Below are positions 39,759 to 53,400 of a stretch of 64,000 nucleotides of DNA, in pieces; position 1 is the stretch's first letter; each line of letters opens with the position of its first letter. The notes below the pieces were generated by a model. That model did not search any database. It saw nothing but the letters and a program-made list of their open reading frames with translations, and was not told the DNA's origin. Origin of the DNA: Octopus bimaculoides (Eukaryota); contig NC_068981.1 of assembly GCF_001194135.2 (NCBI RefSeq), positions 25,885,864 through 25,949,863 of the forward strand, written 5' to 3'. A program made the translations under genes and the position numbers.

Positions 39759-41539
39759 AACAGGGAATTCCCTAATGAATTTTCTGTTTAAAAAATGGTA
39801 CAAATCAAGTTGACAATGTATAAAACATCAAATAACATTTTAAAATAATCTATTTAAAAGCATAATTCGAAATTGGAGAGATGAGTCTTTGCCGAAATCG
39901 ATTTTATTTGATGAAATTATATTTGATCACATTAGAAACATTTTATATGATCACCTTAACCTGTAGTCTCTAAACTCAGAAATAACGCAAATCGATTTTG
40001 TAATCGATACTTTGTATTGAGTATCAAATGTAATCTTCTAATGTAATATTGGTCAATCATTGTATGTTTTATGGCTTTGCTCGGATAATCAAGTAGAGTT
40101 TTACAACAGCAATAAAACGTACCTCACATACAGTCATACTCGTAAGACAGCTGCTATTTCTTTTCTATCTTCAACTCATAACATTTTTATTATATATTCA
40201 TACAGGTCCAGTACATGCAAATTCTTTTGCACTTACATTTATTATGTGATTAAAATTTAAAATGTCCTAATGTCTAAGAAGTCCGAGTGTATGCCAAAAT
40301 AACGTTTATCAAGAACATCTAAGTATTTATAAATTGAAAATACTTTAAGATTATGTAGTCTCGTTTTTGCCCAACTTGCTCTATGCCGACTGAACGAAAG
40401 TTTAACTACCTTCTGATAACTAAGTTGCAGTCCACGTGTTGTACTTTAGTCATTTGCTTAGTAAGAATCCAGCTTGTTTGATGTAGTTTTCCTTATATAT
40501 GCAACCTATTATTACATCAATGAAATTCTGAGAATTAGAATTGAAACTACATTATTAAATCTATATTCTTGGGCATATATGTTTTTAAATTTTGATATTT
40601 ATATCAAGCATATTCAGCTATAAAAAAAACAGTGATTTACATATGCTTTTTAAATACTTGTGAAATGCGATGCAAGATATTTATAACATACATCATAAAT
40701 TATTTTTATTCATAATAGATAATACAGAACTAATCTGATATAAGTGGGGAAGTGTACTAGTTTACTACCAATTGATGCCAATGATATTTTTTTATGTACG
40801 CTGAGTCATCGAATATGAAATAGTTGTTTTGTAATATGAATCTCACAACATCAATGATAACCATTTCTGCGATGTGTTCTGGAAGCAGAAACTACTATGT
40901 ATGAAGAGCTTATCTAATCTTATTTATTCAGTTTAAGGATTTAGCAAATAAATTAACAACATCAACGTAATCACTATCTGAATGTTAGATCACTATTTTT
41001 TGTCCATTCGATTATGTATATAGTGATCAACTCGAATAAAACACTGAGTAAAATTTAAGAAAGGTTCAAATAAAGTGTCTAAAATATTAATTAGCTTATA
41101 TGTTCTACATTCAAGACCTGCTATAATTGGCTACATCAAAGACCTCCCAATTTTCTGGAGCCGATATTTTGATATGCTTGGACTTAGCGTTTAACAAACA
41201 TTCCTTGTAGTTTTATTTTTGTCTACTTTGGTTAGGGCATAACATTTGCTGGTTCTGCGCCTAACAGACTTCTTCAGGAAACAAAATGTTGCTTCAACAT
41301 ATTCGAGAATGTCTGTAAAATTTCCGAAATTTTTTATTGCATACAGATGATGTTTTTCATATCAGTTTCTGACATTTTAAGCAGAATTTATTTTTTATAA
41401 TGTATAAGCATAATAGCAACAACACTTCTTGAAGCATAAGTGTCAGACAAACTGGTTCTCGCAAAACAAATGAATGTCAGTACACCACCAACAAATCAAT
41501 AATGTGAAAATCGGAAAAATTTATTAAGTGGGCATTTAT

Positions 41540-41905
41540 CACGAGTAGAATGGACCAAATAGATATGAACATCATCTTCAGCACTATTAACACTTTCCAT
41601 AGGAGATTAAGACAAGCAATGGGTCGGTAATTGCCAATCTTATTGCCATATGACCGATACTCCGTAACTACACAGCTCTGTAGACAATTGTCTTATTGCT
41701 ACGCAGTTCTCTTTTTGTATTGACCTAAATCACTTGAGCCAGTAGTCTTGAAATCCATCAGGTCCTGCCGCTTTCCAGTTTGGTAGTTTTAATATATGTG
41801 CAATTATATCTTCCGTAGTTATGCGCATATGGTCCGGTCGTGGAGCATCATGGTGATAGAGTTCGGATTTCACGGAATGAATCCAGTCAGCACTGTGGTT
41901 GTGCA
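41540..41905 (-). mobile_element. R4/Dong-like RT N-terminal fragment starting at a (TAA)n tract
   Basis: ITTEDIIAHILKLPNWKAAGPDGFQDYWLK, then NYRPIACLNLLWKVL across frameshifts. The fragment begins directly after the (AAT)n tract at 41905-42075. Confidence 0.8.
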
Positions 41906-41906
41906 A

Positions 41907-41985
<79 letters not shown>

Positions 41986-42074
41986 GTTATTATTAATATT
42001 ACTATTATTATTATTATTGTTATTATAAATATAACTATTATTATTATTATTGTTGTTGTTGTTGTTGCTGTTGT

Positions 42075-43140
42075 TATAATTCAGTAGTTTCATTTTTATC
42101 ACGTGCTTTCACTGCACTACCGAGCGCAGCTCTGTGTGCCTTGGGTATGTGCCTTGAGTATGTGCTGTGGTTTGTTCCGGTGTTTTTATTTTCACTGTAT
42201 TATAAATACTTTAAGAGGGGTCTGGGCTGTGCCTTGTAGTGCTACTTTCTGTATGTTATATACAGTTGTAAGACCTGGTGTTTTGGTTATGTATTTGTCT
42301 GAATATTATTTGTCATACTTAATGCACCAACTATTATAGGAATTCTCTCTATTTTTAGACTCCACATTCGAGTTATTTCTATTTCCAGATCCTTGTATTT
42401 TGAAAGCGTCTCCGTTTCTTTTAGAGAAAGGCTGTCATCTGTTGGTATTGATACATCGATTAGAAGGTATATTTTTTCATGGTGATCTCTGACAACAATT
42501 TACGGTCTATTAGTCTTGAGTTTTCTATCTGTGTGTATTGGCATATCCCCGAGCATAGTTGCTTCCTCTTTTTCCGCGACCTTTTCTGGGGTGTACCTAT
42601 ACTATATTTTTTCTCTCGCAGTTCCATGGTGTTGGCATAGCTTCCAGTGTATATAGTTCCCAACTTTGTCATGTCTGTGAAAATATTCTTTCTTAGCCAT
42701 GACTGAGCAGCTAGAGACAATATTATTTATTGTTTCTTCTTCATCCTCACATATTTTGAAGTTACTTGTATAACTTTTCATTATAGCTTTGGGTAATTTC
42801 TGGAGGGACAGCTTTGATCTTGTGCTGCAATTAAAAATTCTTCATCTATGATTTGAGTCTTGTACTTCTCAACCTTTGTTTGGATTTTCCTTTGTCTATT
42901 TCTTTTCTGTTTAGCTTAACCCAATACTTGCCAAGTTGGTGCTTTTCTTGCATCGATTTATCATGATACACTCTTGTTCCAGTTTAAGTTATGTTTTCAG
43001 TTGTTTTACAGCTTTTGCTGTTTCTTCTTTTTCTTCATAGCTATCAAGTATTATGACTTCTCTTTTGTATTTGTCAGCTTCCTTAAAGACAGGAAACAGC
43101 TTTGTATTTGCTCGAGATTTGTGGTTATTTGCTTATTATT
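42075..43140 (-). mobile_element. 5'-truncated R4/Dong-like element with (TAA)n on both sides
   Basis: IAAQDQS, FKICEDEEETINNIVSSC...EYFHRHDKVGNYIHWKLC (CCHC knuckle region), IQKVALQGTAQ, then 3' UTR. AAT tracts at 43132-43260 (5' side) and 41905-42075 (3' side). Confidence 0.85.
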
Positions 43141-43162
43141 ATTATTATTATTATTATCATCA

Positions 43163-43221
<59 letters not shown>

Positions 43222-43574
43222 ATATTATTATCATCATTATCATTAACATTATTATTATTAAGCATAAATATTATTTGAACAACCCTTAACACTGCGTAAC
43301 AACGAAGACACAGCAAGTGAAGAGCTGCTTTTACTTTTCATCTGGACAAACTAGAGCAACACGAAATGATATCTTGGACAAAAATACAACCCACCACCAT
43401 TTCTAGTAATTGAGCCCTCGATTCAAACATCAAGGCCACGCAACGTCATACCGAAATAGTTACATGCAAATATGCATACAGACATATATACATGTGTATG
43501 TGTGCACAAATGACAAATAGATGTAGACACACGAGCCCATTCATGTATATATATATACATACATATATACTCTT

Positions 43575-43771
43575 TACTCTCTTTTACTATTTTACTTCTT
43601 TCAGTCATTTGACTGCGGCCATGCTGGAGCACCGCCTTTAGTCGAGCATATCGACCCCGGGACTTATTCTTTGTAAACCTAGTACTTATTCTATCGGTCT
43701 CTTTTTGCCGAACCGTTAAGTGACGGGGACATAAACACACCAGCATCGGTTGTCAAGCAATGCTAGTGGGC

Positions 43772-43803
<32 letters not shown>
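43575..43803 (+). mobile_element. Interspersed repeat (family C) running into (CA)n and a gap
   Basis: tactcttttact...ttcagtcatttgactgcggccatgctggagcaccgcc; the same start occurs at 51553-51600, and a related segment at 27960-28000. Confidence 0.75.
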
Positions 43804-45681
43804 NNNNNNNNNNNNNNNNNNNNNNNNNNNNNNNNNNNNNNNNNNNNNNNNNNNNNNNNNNNNNNNNNNNNNNNNNNNNNNNNNNNNNNNNNNNNNNNNN
43901 NNNNNNNNNNNNNNNNNNNNNNNNNNNNNNNNNNNNNNNNNNNNNNNNNNNNNNNNNNNNNNNNNNNNNNNNNNNNNNNNNNNNNNNNNNNNNNNNNNNN
44001 NNNNNNNNNNNNNNNNNNNNNNNNNNNNNNNNNNNNNNNNNNNNNNNNNNNNNNNNNNNNNNNNNNNNNNNNNNNNNNNNNNNNNNNNNNNNNNNNNNNN
44101 NNNNNNNNNNNNNNNNNNNNNNNNNNNNNNNNNNNNNNNNNNNNNGAATTACCATGCTCAAGGAAAGGACCACGTGCGCATGCAAGAAATAACAGTAAAC
44201 TATGAATGTCATTCTTAATTTTAATTTCAATTTTATTATATTAGTAGCTCTTTTCTCTTAACATATATTTTATATTCATTTTCGATAAAGTTTTTCCAAA
44301 AAAAAAAAACAAACGAAACATGTAAATTAATTAAAACACAAAAAAAATGTTTTAAAAAAGTGGCATTTTCATTTTTATTCATTTTCAATATCTACTTACT
44401 CGTGTAGTACTTTTACAAATCTTTTCAAATATATATATATATATGTGCGTGCGTGTGTGTGTGTGTATGTGTGTGTATGTGTGTGTGTATGTGTGCGCGC
44501 ACTAATGTATATATATATATATATATCAACATAAGTGGTGTATACAAAGTCAATTAAATGCAAATGAAGCTGCAAGGGTTCAGAATATATAGGTAAGAAT
44601 ATATAGGTAAGAAACCTCTTGAACGCAATTAATAAGTCGGTAAATGAATTTAGAAACAACGCGCTAACTCACTTAGGCATGAGTGTCTTATCACACTATC
44701 GCAACATTTTGCCTGGTTGAATCCGTTCAGATCACTTGCTTCCCAGAAACAAATTCCAGTTGTAACCAAGCGAAGCCTATCATATATGCAGTTACAGAAA
44801 AGCCTGTTGGGAATTAATGCTGGGAAATAGTGTTAGCAATGAGGCACAGGGGGGATAGAATTATTTAGTCTTTGATCAGGCAGACAAGCTATAGTAATAA
44901 TATATGCAAACAGGAGTATTTAATGCATGCTAATACGTAAGGTCTATAGATGGATACGTTTGTGTATCTGTTCTCTGCGTTCTTTCTCGTGTCTGTGTTT
45001 GTTAGCGTGCGTGTATGTGTTTGTCTCTCTCTCTCTCTCTCTTTGTGTATGTGTGTGTATGTGTGCGTGCGTGTGTGTATTTGTGTGTACGTTTGATTTT
45101 GTTTGCCGCATATAATCAAGTGATACTATTATCGCAGGATTGATAATCTATGGGAAGCGAACAAGATAATTATCAGTATTTAGCAAAACTCTAAAGAAAT
45201 TGCACACCATGACATACACATATACAGATTTACACACAAACAGAAACTTACAAGCACATACACACCTACGCATCAATAACACACGTACATACATAGAAAT
45301 TGATACGTACACAAATATACTTATCATCGGCTATAAAAATATCCCTTAGCTTTCAACTGATAGTATCAAAATCTAAAGCGTGTATCCGCTAAGCACGGAA
45401 TACCATGAAATATTAGCTGTAGTGTTAAGTTTAACATTAGCATCTAATGGCATTAATGCATGATATTTATCAGCATATTTTTGTATTGCATGAAACAGCT
45501 ATATTGTATATTCTGGTTTTAGCATTTATGCCACATTGCGTTCCTATCCGTCTATTTATTTCTCTCTGCCACTTTCATCCTTATATAGAGTACAAAAAAA
45601 TTCTCTCCATATGTTTAATTGTGTTTGCATATTTGCGTATGCATGTTTACGTATGCAGTGTGTGTGTGTGTGTGTATATGG

Positions 45682-45735
<54 letters not shown>

Positions 45736-46065
45736 TAGCGTGTAAACGTCACAAACACACAGTGTTTACTTATACTGGATTCATTTTTCAATTGAAATTA
45801 AAACATAGCATGTATCATTACATGATATAGGTCAATAAATCATAGCAAGTATACTTAGATAAGCATTTGCATAAATGTATGTCTGTAATATGATTGCAAT
45901 TAGGTGACTATATATACATGCGTTTCTATACATATACATATACGCACAAGTATATATATATATATAAATATATATACACACGTACGTATATTACGTATAT
46001 ATATTTATATATATATATATATATACACATTCGTGTATGTCTATAAATACATATATGTATTTATA

Positions 46066-46409
46066 GGTAGAGGAGTAGAGGCCGAAACCTGACGTGGTTC
46101 CTCCTGATGATGTCTTGAGCTAACTGGATCCTAATCCATCAAGGGAAGGTATGTCAGAAATAAGTAATTCAACAACGCGGGTTGATGAACCGTAAGACGT
46201 GTGGCCAGAACCTCCTGGAAAATAACCATAGTGAGGGACATTCCACAGTTGAATTAGAACAGTCACAAACAGTGAAAGAAGACATGCACCCAACACCAGT
46301 GCTGAAGACACCTCAGAAAGGGGGGTGCGCAACGTCAAAACGGTAGAGGAGTAGGGGCCGAAACCGGACGTGGTTCCTCCTGATGACGTCTTGAGCTAAC
46401 TGGGTCCTA
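46066..46409. repeat. Two 68-bp direct repeats, 276 bp apart
   Basis: 46066-46133 vs 46342-46409, 4 mismatches. Confidence 0.9.
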
Positions 46410-46503
46410 TAAAGAAGCTGTTGTGATAGCAGACCACGAAACATGGTTGAAATTCCAGAGCAAATTTTAGATATTTCTCCGCACATTGAAAAAAAATGAT
46501 GCA

Positions 46504-46550
46504 TACCCTTAATCGATTTTCGAATATTATTAGGTTCTCATCAGATGCGT
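46504..46550 (-). ncRNA. Hammerhead-like core with palindromic stem III and defective stem I
   Basis: Minus strand CTGATGA GAA cctaataata TTC GAAA ATCGATT A. The core is canonical and AATCGATT is palindromic, but stem I (acgcat/agggta) pairs poorly. Confidence 0.4.
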
Positions 46551-46851
46551 CTACATCGTCCTGACTGATTCCAGAGAAACAAAGAGTTAATATACTCAAC
46601 AAAAGCAGCAGTTAATCTATGAAGGATTCCCTAATTTGCATACCGAAAGTGTTTAACACTATATAAATACCAGCGGCTTGTCAAAGGGGATCTTAGTCCA
46701 AAGAATATCACGGTATGATATAATATATATGTAACATATGGTATAATTATAGACAGGGCAAATTTTAACCAATTCTCGCAGAGTGAAAAAATTATGAACA
46801 ACCTTAATCGAGGAACAAGTAGCCAAACAGTTTATATACTCAACAAATGCA

Positions 46852-46888
<37 letters not shown>

Positions 46889-47558
46889 NNNNNNNNNNNN
46901 NNNNNNNNNNNNNNNNNNNNNNNNNNNNNNNNNNNNNNNNNNNNNNNNNNNNNNNNNNNNNNNNNNNNNNNNNNNNNNNNNNNNNNNNNNNNNNNNNNNN
47001 NNNNNNNNNNNNNNNNNNNNNNNNNNNNNNNNNNNNNNNNNNNNNNNNNNNNNNNNNNNNNNNNNNNNNNNNNNNNNNNNNNNNNNNNNNNNNNNNNNNN
47101 NNNNNNNNNNNNNNNNNNNNNNNNNNNNNNNNNNNNNNNNNNNNNNNNNNNNNNNNNNNNNNNNNNNNNNNNNNNNNNNNNNNNNNNNNNNNNNNNNNNN
47201 NNNNNNNNNNNNNNNNNNNNNNNNNNNNNNNNNNNNNNNNNNNNNNNNNNNNNNNNNNNNNNNNNNNNNNNNNNNNNNNNNNNNNNNNNNNNNNNNNNNN
47301 NNNNNNNNNNNNNNNNNNNNNNNNNNNNNNNNNNNNNNNNNNNNNNNNNNNNNNNNNNNNNNNNNNNNNNNNNNNNNNNNNNNNNNNNNNNNNNNNNNNN
47401 NNNNNNNNNNNNNNNNNNNNNNNNNNNNNNNNNNNNNNNNNNNNNNNNNNNNNNNNNNNNNNNNNNNNNNNNNNNNNNNNNNNNNNNNNNNNNNNNNNNN
47501 NNNNNNNNNNNNNNNNNNNNNNNNNNNNNNNNNNNNNNNNNNNNNNNNNNNNNNNNNN

Positions 47559-47590
<32 letters not shown>

Positions 47591-48069
47591 GCATACATAC
47601 ATACGTATACACACACGCACGCCCACACGCACACACATATATAGAAATCCGAAAATTAAGGAATGGAGTAGATAAAATCCGGGCTGCATCTGTTTTATAG
47701 CGAGCGGAACCTCGGAAGTAGTAATTATCCAAGTGAGATATATACTGCATAAAAGTCTTCAGGTCAAGGATATCTTCATCATATGAAGTTTACATTGTCG
47801 TTAGGAGACCTGTGTTAAAACACGAATGAATCGATGAACATTTTTTTTTTTAATTTTCAGTTACTTGAAATGATAATAATGCTTGAAATAAATAATCACA
47901 GAGCTATCACATATCATCCATTGTATAATGCTGAAAAAGTGAAGTCCCAATCATTGTAAGTTTTTTTTGTTGTTTTTTTATAATGAAATTCCTTGAAGAT
48001 CACTAAGACAGAATTATTATTACGTGTGTGTGGAGAAGCTAGAATTCTATCCACGAGCAAAAGCGATTT

Positions 48070-48985
48070 TACGAGGAGGTATCCAAAAGAAACCGGAATT
48101 TTGCAATATTATTATTTCACTTGGTTTTACATGTTTACGCTTGTATCGCCTTCAAAGTATTCACCACTTGAAACGATGCATCGTTTCAGGTGCATTTTCC
48201 ACTATTCGAAGCAGTGCTGGAATTCCCACGTGCGATATCTTTTAACGCCTCTGTCGTTCTTTTTCCATCACCTTTTCCGCATGTTCAAATTTCATAGCGG
48301 CAGATTTCATCACCAGTGATGGCCTTCAGAAAAAGGTCGGTTGAATTTCCGACTGTTCTTTCAGTTCGCAACACGTATTCAGTCGTGACTGCCTTTGATC
48401 TTCCGTGAACAGGCGAGGCACAGATTTAGCTGCAACTCTTTTCATTCGCAATTCCTCGCTCGAAAGCTGTTGGCAGGAGCTCCAAGACTCACCAGTCATA
48501 TCCACAAGTTCTTCAATTGTTCGTTATCGGTCCTCCAAGATCAGTTCATGAATCTTTGTGATGTTTTCATTCATTCCGAATGTCGACAGTAGCCCTGAAT
48601 GAGGTTGGTATTCAAGCGACAAGTGAATATTCCCAAAGCGTAAACACAACTCGTAAACTTGTGTTTTGGTGATGGCAGCATCCTTGTAAGCTGTTTGAAA
48701 CATAACTATTGTTTCGTCTGCCGTTACCCTTCGCGGAAAACAGAATTTCACGGAAGTACGCTGTTCATTCGTTTCAGCCATCGTAAAGATCGACGAAGAG
48801 GGGAGAACCACTGCAAAACAAAGACGCATCACGTAGCAGAGTGACCGCACGATACAACACCGGTCGGTAGACTGATGCCTGAGGGTCGCATCAAGTGGCG
48901 TCTAGCGGCGGAAGCCTGAACGACAACGGGCTTATCTCACGGATTACTTTTGAGTACTCCGATTACTTTTGGGTACTCCCCCGTA
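48070..48985 (-). mobile_element. Internally deleted mariner element with both TIRs and TA duplication
   Basis: TAcgaggaggtatccaaaag / cttttgggtactcccccgTA. N-terminal peptide EQRTSVKFCF...TKTQVYE; ITGDE motif near 48310 joined almost directly to the 3' end. Confidence 0.9.
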
Positions 48986-51900
48986 TATTAATTTTTATTT
49001 TTTGCTTTTGTTGATCTTACAATATTTCATTTTCTATGTTTTATGTAAAGGAATCATTCTATCCATTGCAGTGGAATATTCTTTCCAATTCAAGCATTTG
49101 AGATATATAGCAGGTGGTTTCTATACACATGTATAATCTTTCTCTCAGAGCAAAGGAGAAATATTTACAATGCGATCGAACTTGTTGCTGATAAAGGAAC
49201 AGCTGTAGATGCAAATTTAGGAGGCTGGTGATAGACTGAAGTCTTACTAGGGAGGAATTTGGGGCCGTTCATTAATTATGATGGAATCTGCACTACATTC
49301 CTCATGTAGTAGAGAGTTCGAATTTTCATGCCACCTCAGTCAATTCTTTAGAAGTATCAGACCATCGCTTTTTCCGTACTCTTATTTATTGGGTAGTATA
49401 TGTCAGTTTTATCAGTAGGAAGCTTGGTTTCGTATGAAGTTTTCTGTCTCACACACGTTCCATGTGCTCCATATTCCCTTTTACACCTTGCTTTGAACCT
49501 CCAGCAATTCTGTATTATGTTGATTGATACCCCCCCCCCCCCGTTGTTTTTAGATATACTTTGATCATGCCATTACTGAAGCTGTAAGTGGCGTGGGATT
49601 ATCATCCATCTAGCTTCGGTAAACCCTGCTTAGTTCAAGCTAGTACTACAGAAATTGCAGTGCAGTTATAAATCTACAGTTCTTTCATCGTTTTCGAACC
49701 TCAAACAGTGTTTCAGTACCATCATTTTTCAGCTTCCGTTCGTGCTAATAATTCTGCCAGCTCGCTGTACTTATTTGAGAATCAGCATTAATAATACTGT
49801 TGCCAAGTGTTTAAATTTTAACCATAGATTTATTGAAATCTACTATACTATATTACTAAATACTTTGGTTCATAATATGCTATGAACGTACAATGCCGAG
49901 AAAATAAATCACGGATGTACATTACTTACTGTAGAATTAAATGATTTGGTGTACCAATGCAGTTCATAATACTAATGCATAAACTGGGAAGAACCAGAGA
50001 CATTCAATTTTACGATCTTTTAATTATATTGAAAATTTTTACATTATTGATCATTTATTGCATATTATATCATATAATATCTGTCACGACGCCACAAATT
50101 ATGTTATGAAAGTAAAAACAATCTTCACTTAACTATTATATGTGATCGTTAATATTTTTAAATGTTTTCTTCATGACTTAAATGTAAAATTTTAATGATG
50201 TCTGAAGTTAGTGTTAAGCTCAAACTATTTTCATAATTATAAATAATTAATGCTCCGTAATGACATTCACATACGTTATAAAATGATTGAAACAAAATTG
50301 GAAGAAAGACTGACGTTCAGCCACTATTGTCAGCACATTTAGTGCAACAGGATTTTATTAATGAAAGTCTAGAAGTGCTAATACGCTATCCTAAAGATCT
50401 AAATTGATTTAAATTGTTCATTATATCTCTTTTTATTTAAGACAGTAGGGTGTGAACGGAAGGTTATTTGGATTCTATTTCTACCATATCAACTGACAAT
50501 TGAAGATATGTCCTATTGTTATAATGTGAGTTGGAAAATATTGACAGAAGCTCACGTGGCGGAAATCTGAACAATCTAAGTGTTAATAAATGATTCATGA
50601 TTATTCCCAATACTCTTTTAAAAACCTGTACAAGTGATCAAGAATCATCAAATATTTCAAGAATCCTACCTCAGGGATTCATTATTTTCAAACAAAAGGT
50701 GACAGTAATAAAGCCTTGTAGCAATAAAGCTTTATGTAAGTTGTACAATGTTGAAATATGATCGCATAACAAAGCATGCTTCTTCACCGAAACAAATATT
50801 TTTTGAAATAATACAAAAAGCTGGGGTTTTTTTTTTTGGTGCAGGAGAATATTAGAAACCTTTGAAACATATTTAACGGCATCTGTAGTCGATCAAGTAA
50901 GATTTCGTTGAGCCAATTATTTAAGATATTGTATTAATGAAAAAAATCATCAGCATAACATGCATGGAACTTCTCAAAACTTTTATTGCTTCATCTATCC
51001 GACAGAACAAATGAAAATATAATTGTTCTTTGATTTTGGACGAGTCGGCTAATGTTGTTTTTGAAAAACAACTATATTTGTCTTTATGATAGATACCACA
51101 ATAACCTCGAAACGCGCTTCTAGTAGTATATTTGTGGTTAATTCCTGATACAAAAACTATTGATGAAGTTTTGCATCATGTGAAAAATATTAGAATTTGT
51201 TTTGCTATTGCAACAAACGGAACTTCAAACAGCTTGATAATCCACAATTGATTCTCACATAATGATATGTCATCGTTTCTTTATAACCAGTTTTCGTGTT
51301 GCTGAAGTATTACCTTGTAACTTTGATATCTGTTAAAAGAAACCTAGAAATGGTTCTAGAGATAAACGCTTTGGAAGTATATAGATATCACTAAGCAATG
51401 TTGAGGAACCTTTGAAAATTATTCCACTTTCAGATAGAAGATGGTTTATCAATACGTAACTCTTTGAAAAGAATTCTTAGCTAGTATTTTATTCGTTTAA
51501 AAGGCAGTGGGGTCCCGATGTTGTTAAAGTATAGGACAGAACACATACATACGTTTACTCTTTTACTCTTTTACTTGTTTCAGTCATTTGACTGCAGCCA
51601 NNNNNNNNNNNNNNNNNNNNNNNNNNNNNNNNNNNNNNNNNNNNNNNNNNNNNNNNNNNNNNNNNNNNNNNNNNNNNNNNNNNNNNNNNNNNNNNNNNNN
51701 NNNNNNNNNNNNNNNNNNNNNNNNNNNNNNNNNNNNNNNNNNNNNNNNNNNNNNNNNNNNNNNNNNNNNNNNNNNNNNNNNNNNNNNNNNNNNNNNNNNN
51801 NNNNNNNNNNNNNNNNNNNNNNNNNNNNNNNNNNNNNNNNNNNNNNNNNNNNNNNNNNNNNNNNNNNNNNNNNNNNNNNNNNNNNNNNNNNNNNNNNNNN

Positions 51901-53224
51901 NNNNNNNNNNNNNNNNNNNNNNNNNNNNNNNNNNNNNNNNNNNNNNNNNNNNNNNNNNNNNNNNNNNNNNNNNNNNNNNNNNNNNNNNNNNNNNNNNNNN
52001 NNNNNNNNNNNNNNNNNNNNNNNNNNNNNNNNNNNNNNNNNNNNNNNNNNNNNNNNNNNNNNNNNNNNNNNNNNNNNNNNNNNNNNNNNNNNNNNNNNNN
52101 NNNNNNNNNNNNNNNNNNNNNNNNNNNNNNNNNNNNNNNNNNNNNNNNNNNNNNNNNNNNNNNNNNNNNNNNNNNNNNNNNNNNNNNNNNNNNNNNNNNN
52201 NNNNNNNNNNNNNNNNNNNNNNNNNNNNNNNNNNNNNNNNNNNNNNGAACCAAGTGGTTTGCAAGCAAGCTTCTTACCACACAGCCACTCCTGCACCTAA
52301 CGTTTATTCAAACTCTTTGTATTCGGAGTTCAAATTCTACCAGTGCTAATGTTGCCATTCAACCTTTCGGTGTCCATAAAAGAAACATGAGGCTCGGTGC
52401 CCAAAGGTACTTTTTTATTCTGGTAAAAAAATAAAAATTGGAAGATGGAGACGCGTACAAACTGTACACGAGCACTGAATTGCTGCTGAGACTGATGTAC
52501 TTTATACATCATGTAAAAATTTTGCCAGTCGAAAGCTATGAGAAAAATACGTGTATCGAAAGACAGCCAAAAGGGACGATGCTTTAGTATGATATGTCAG
52601 TTACACTAAAAGAAATTAGACTTGCAGTATGATGAACATGACAGCAGCCTAAACACTAGACCATATGCATTCACTACAACACAGTATTTGAAATGCGATT
52701 TATAGAATAAGAATCTGATGAATGAAACGTAGCCTCACGATGTTTGAACTGGAAATTTACATGGATATCGAAGGACATATTCGACACAATATTCATACTG
52801 CTATACTCCGACAAAATATAGTTAAAAGTAAGAATATTTCACTTTCTGGTTAGTAGATAAACATCTATTTACAATGGATGAAAAATTAATAAATTCCAGA
52901 CATAATCATTTTTAACATGGATAACTATAGAAATGAATTTTAACAAGTAAAGAAAATGGAATCCCTTATTTGTAATTTATTGAACACAGGCTGTATTAAT
53001 CTATGACTTCCATTCATATTAATCAGTTTACTACTGACTAATGTTGCCTCTGTAGTGAAGACAAATTATTGGCAAATATTACTGATCTTCTCACATAATT
53101 TATATCTTCCACTTAACATTATCAGCTTTTATTTCAGCAGTTTAATTATTTATCCTTTATCACAATCAGATAATAAATATATTATGTACAACATTAAAAG
53201 TTTTAGAATTACTTGCCTTTCAAA

Positions 53225-53400
53225 GGCGGCGAGAACCGTTAGCAAAATGCTTAGCAGCATTTCGTATGTCTTTACCATCTACTTTCAAATTATACTGAGG
53301 TCGACTTTGCCTTTTATCCTTTCAGGATCGATAAAATAAGTACCGTTGAGTACAAGGGTCGATGTAATCGACTATGTCTCTCACCCCGAAATTCCTGGCA
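53225..53400 (+). mobile_element. SINE family B copy
   Basis: Family B core. Confidence 0.8.

Noticed and set aside
46659-47750. Long ORFs up to 363 aa, also at 28063, 30152, 43750, 51518 and 58230
   Set aside because: They are long only because they read through N gaps.
52730-52750. CTGATGA-AT-GAAACGTA, a hammerhead core without stem II
   Set aside because: No stem II and no stem I pairing; compatible with chance.
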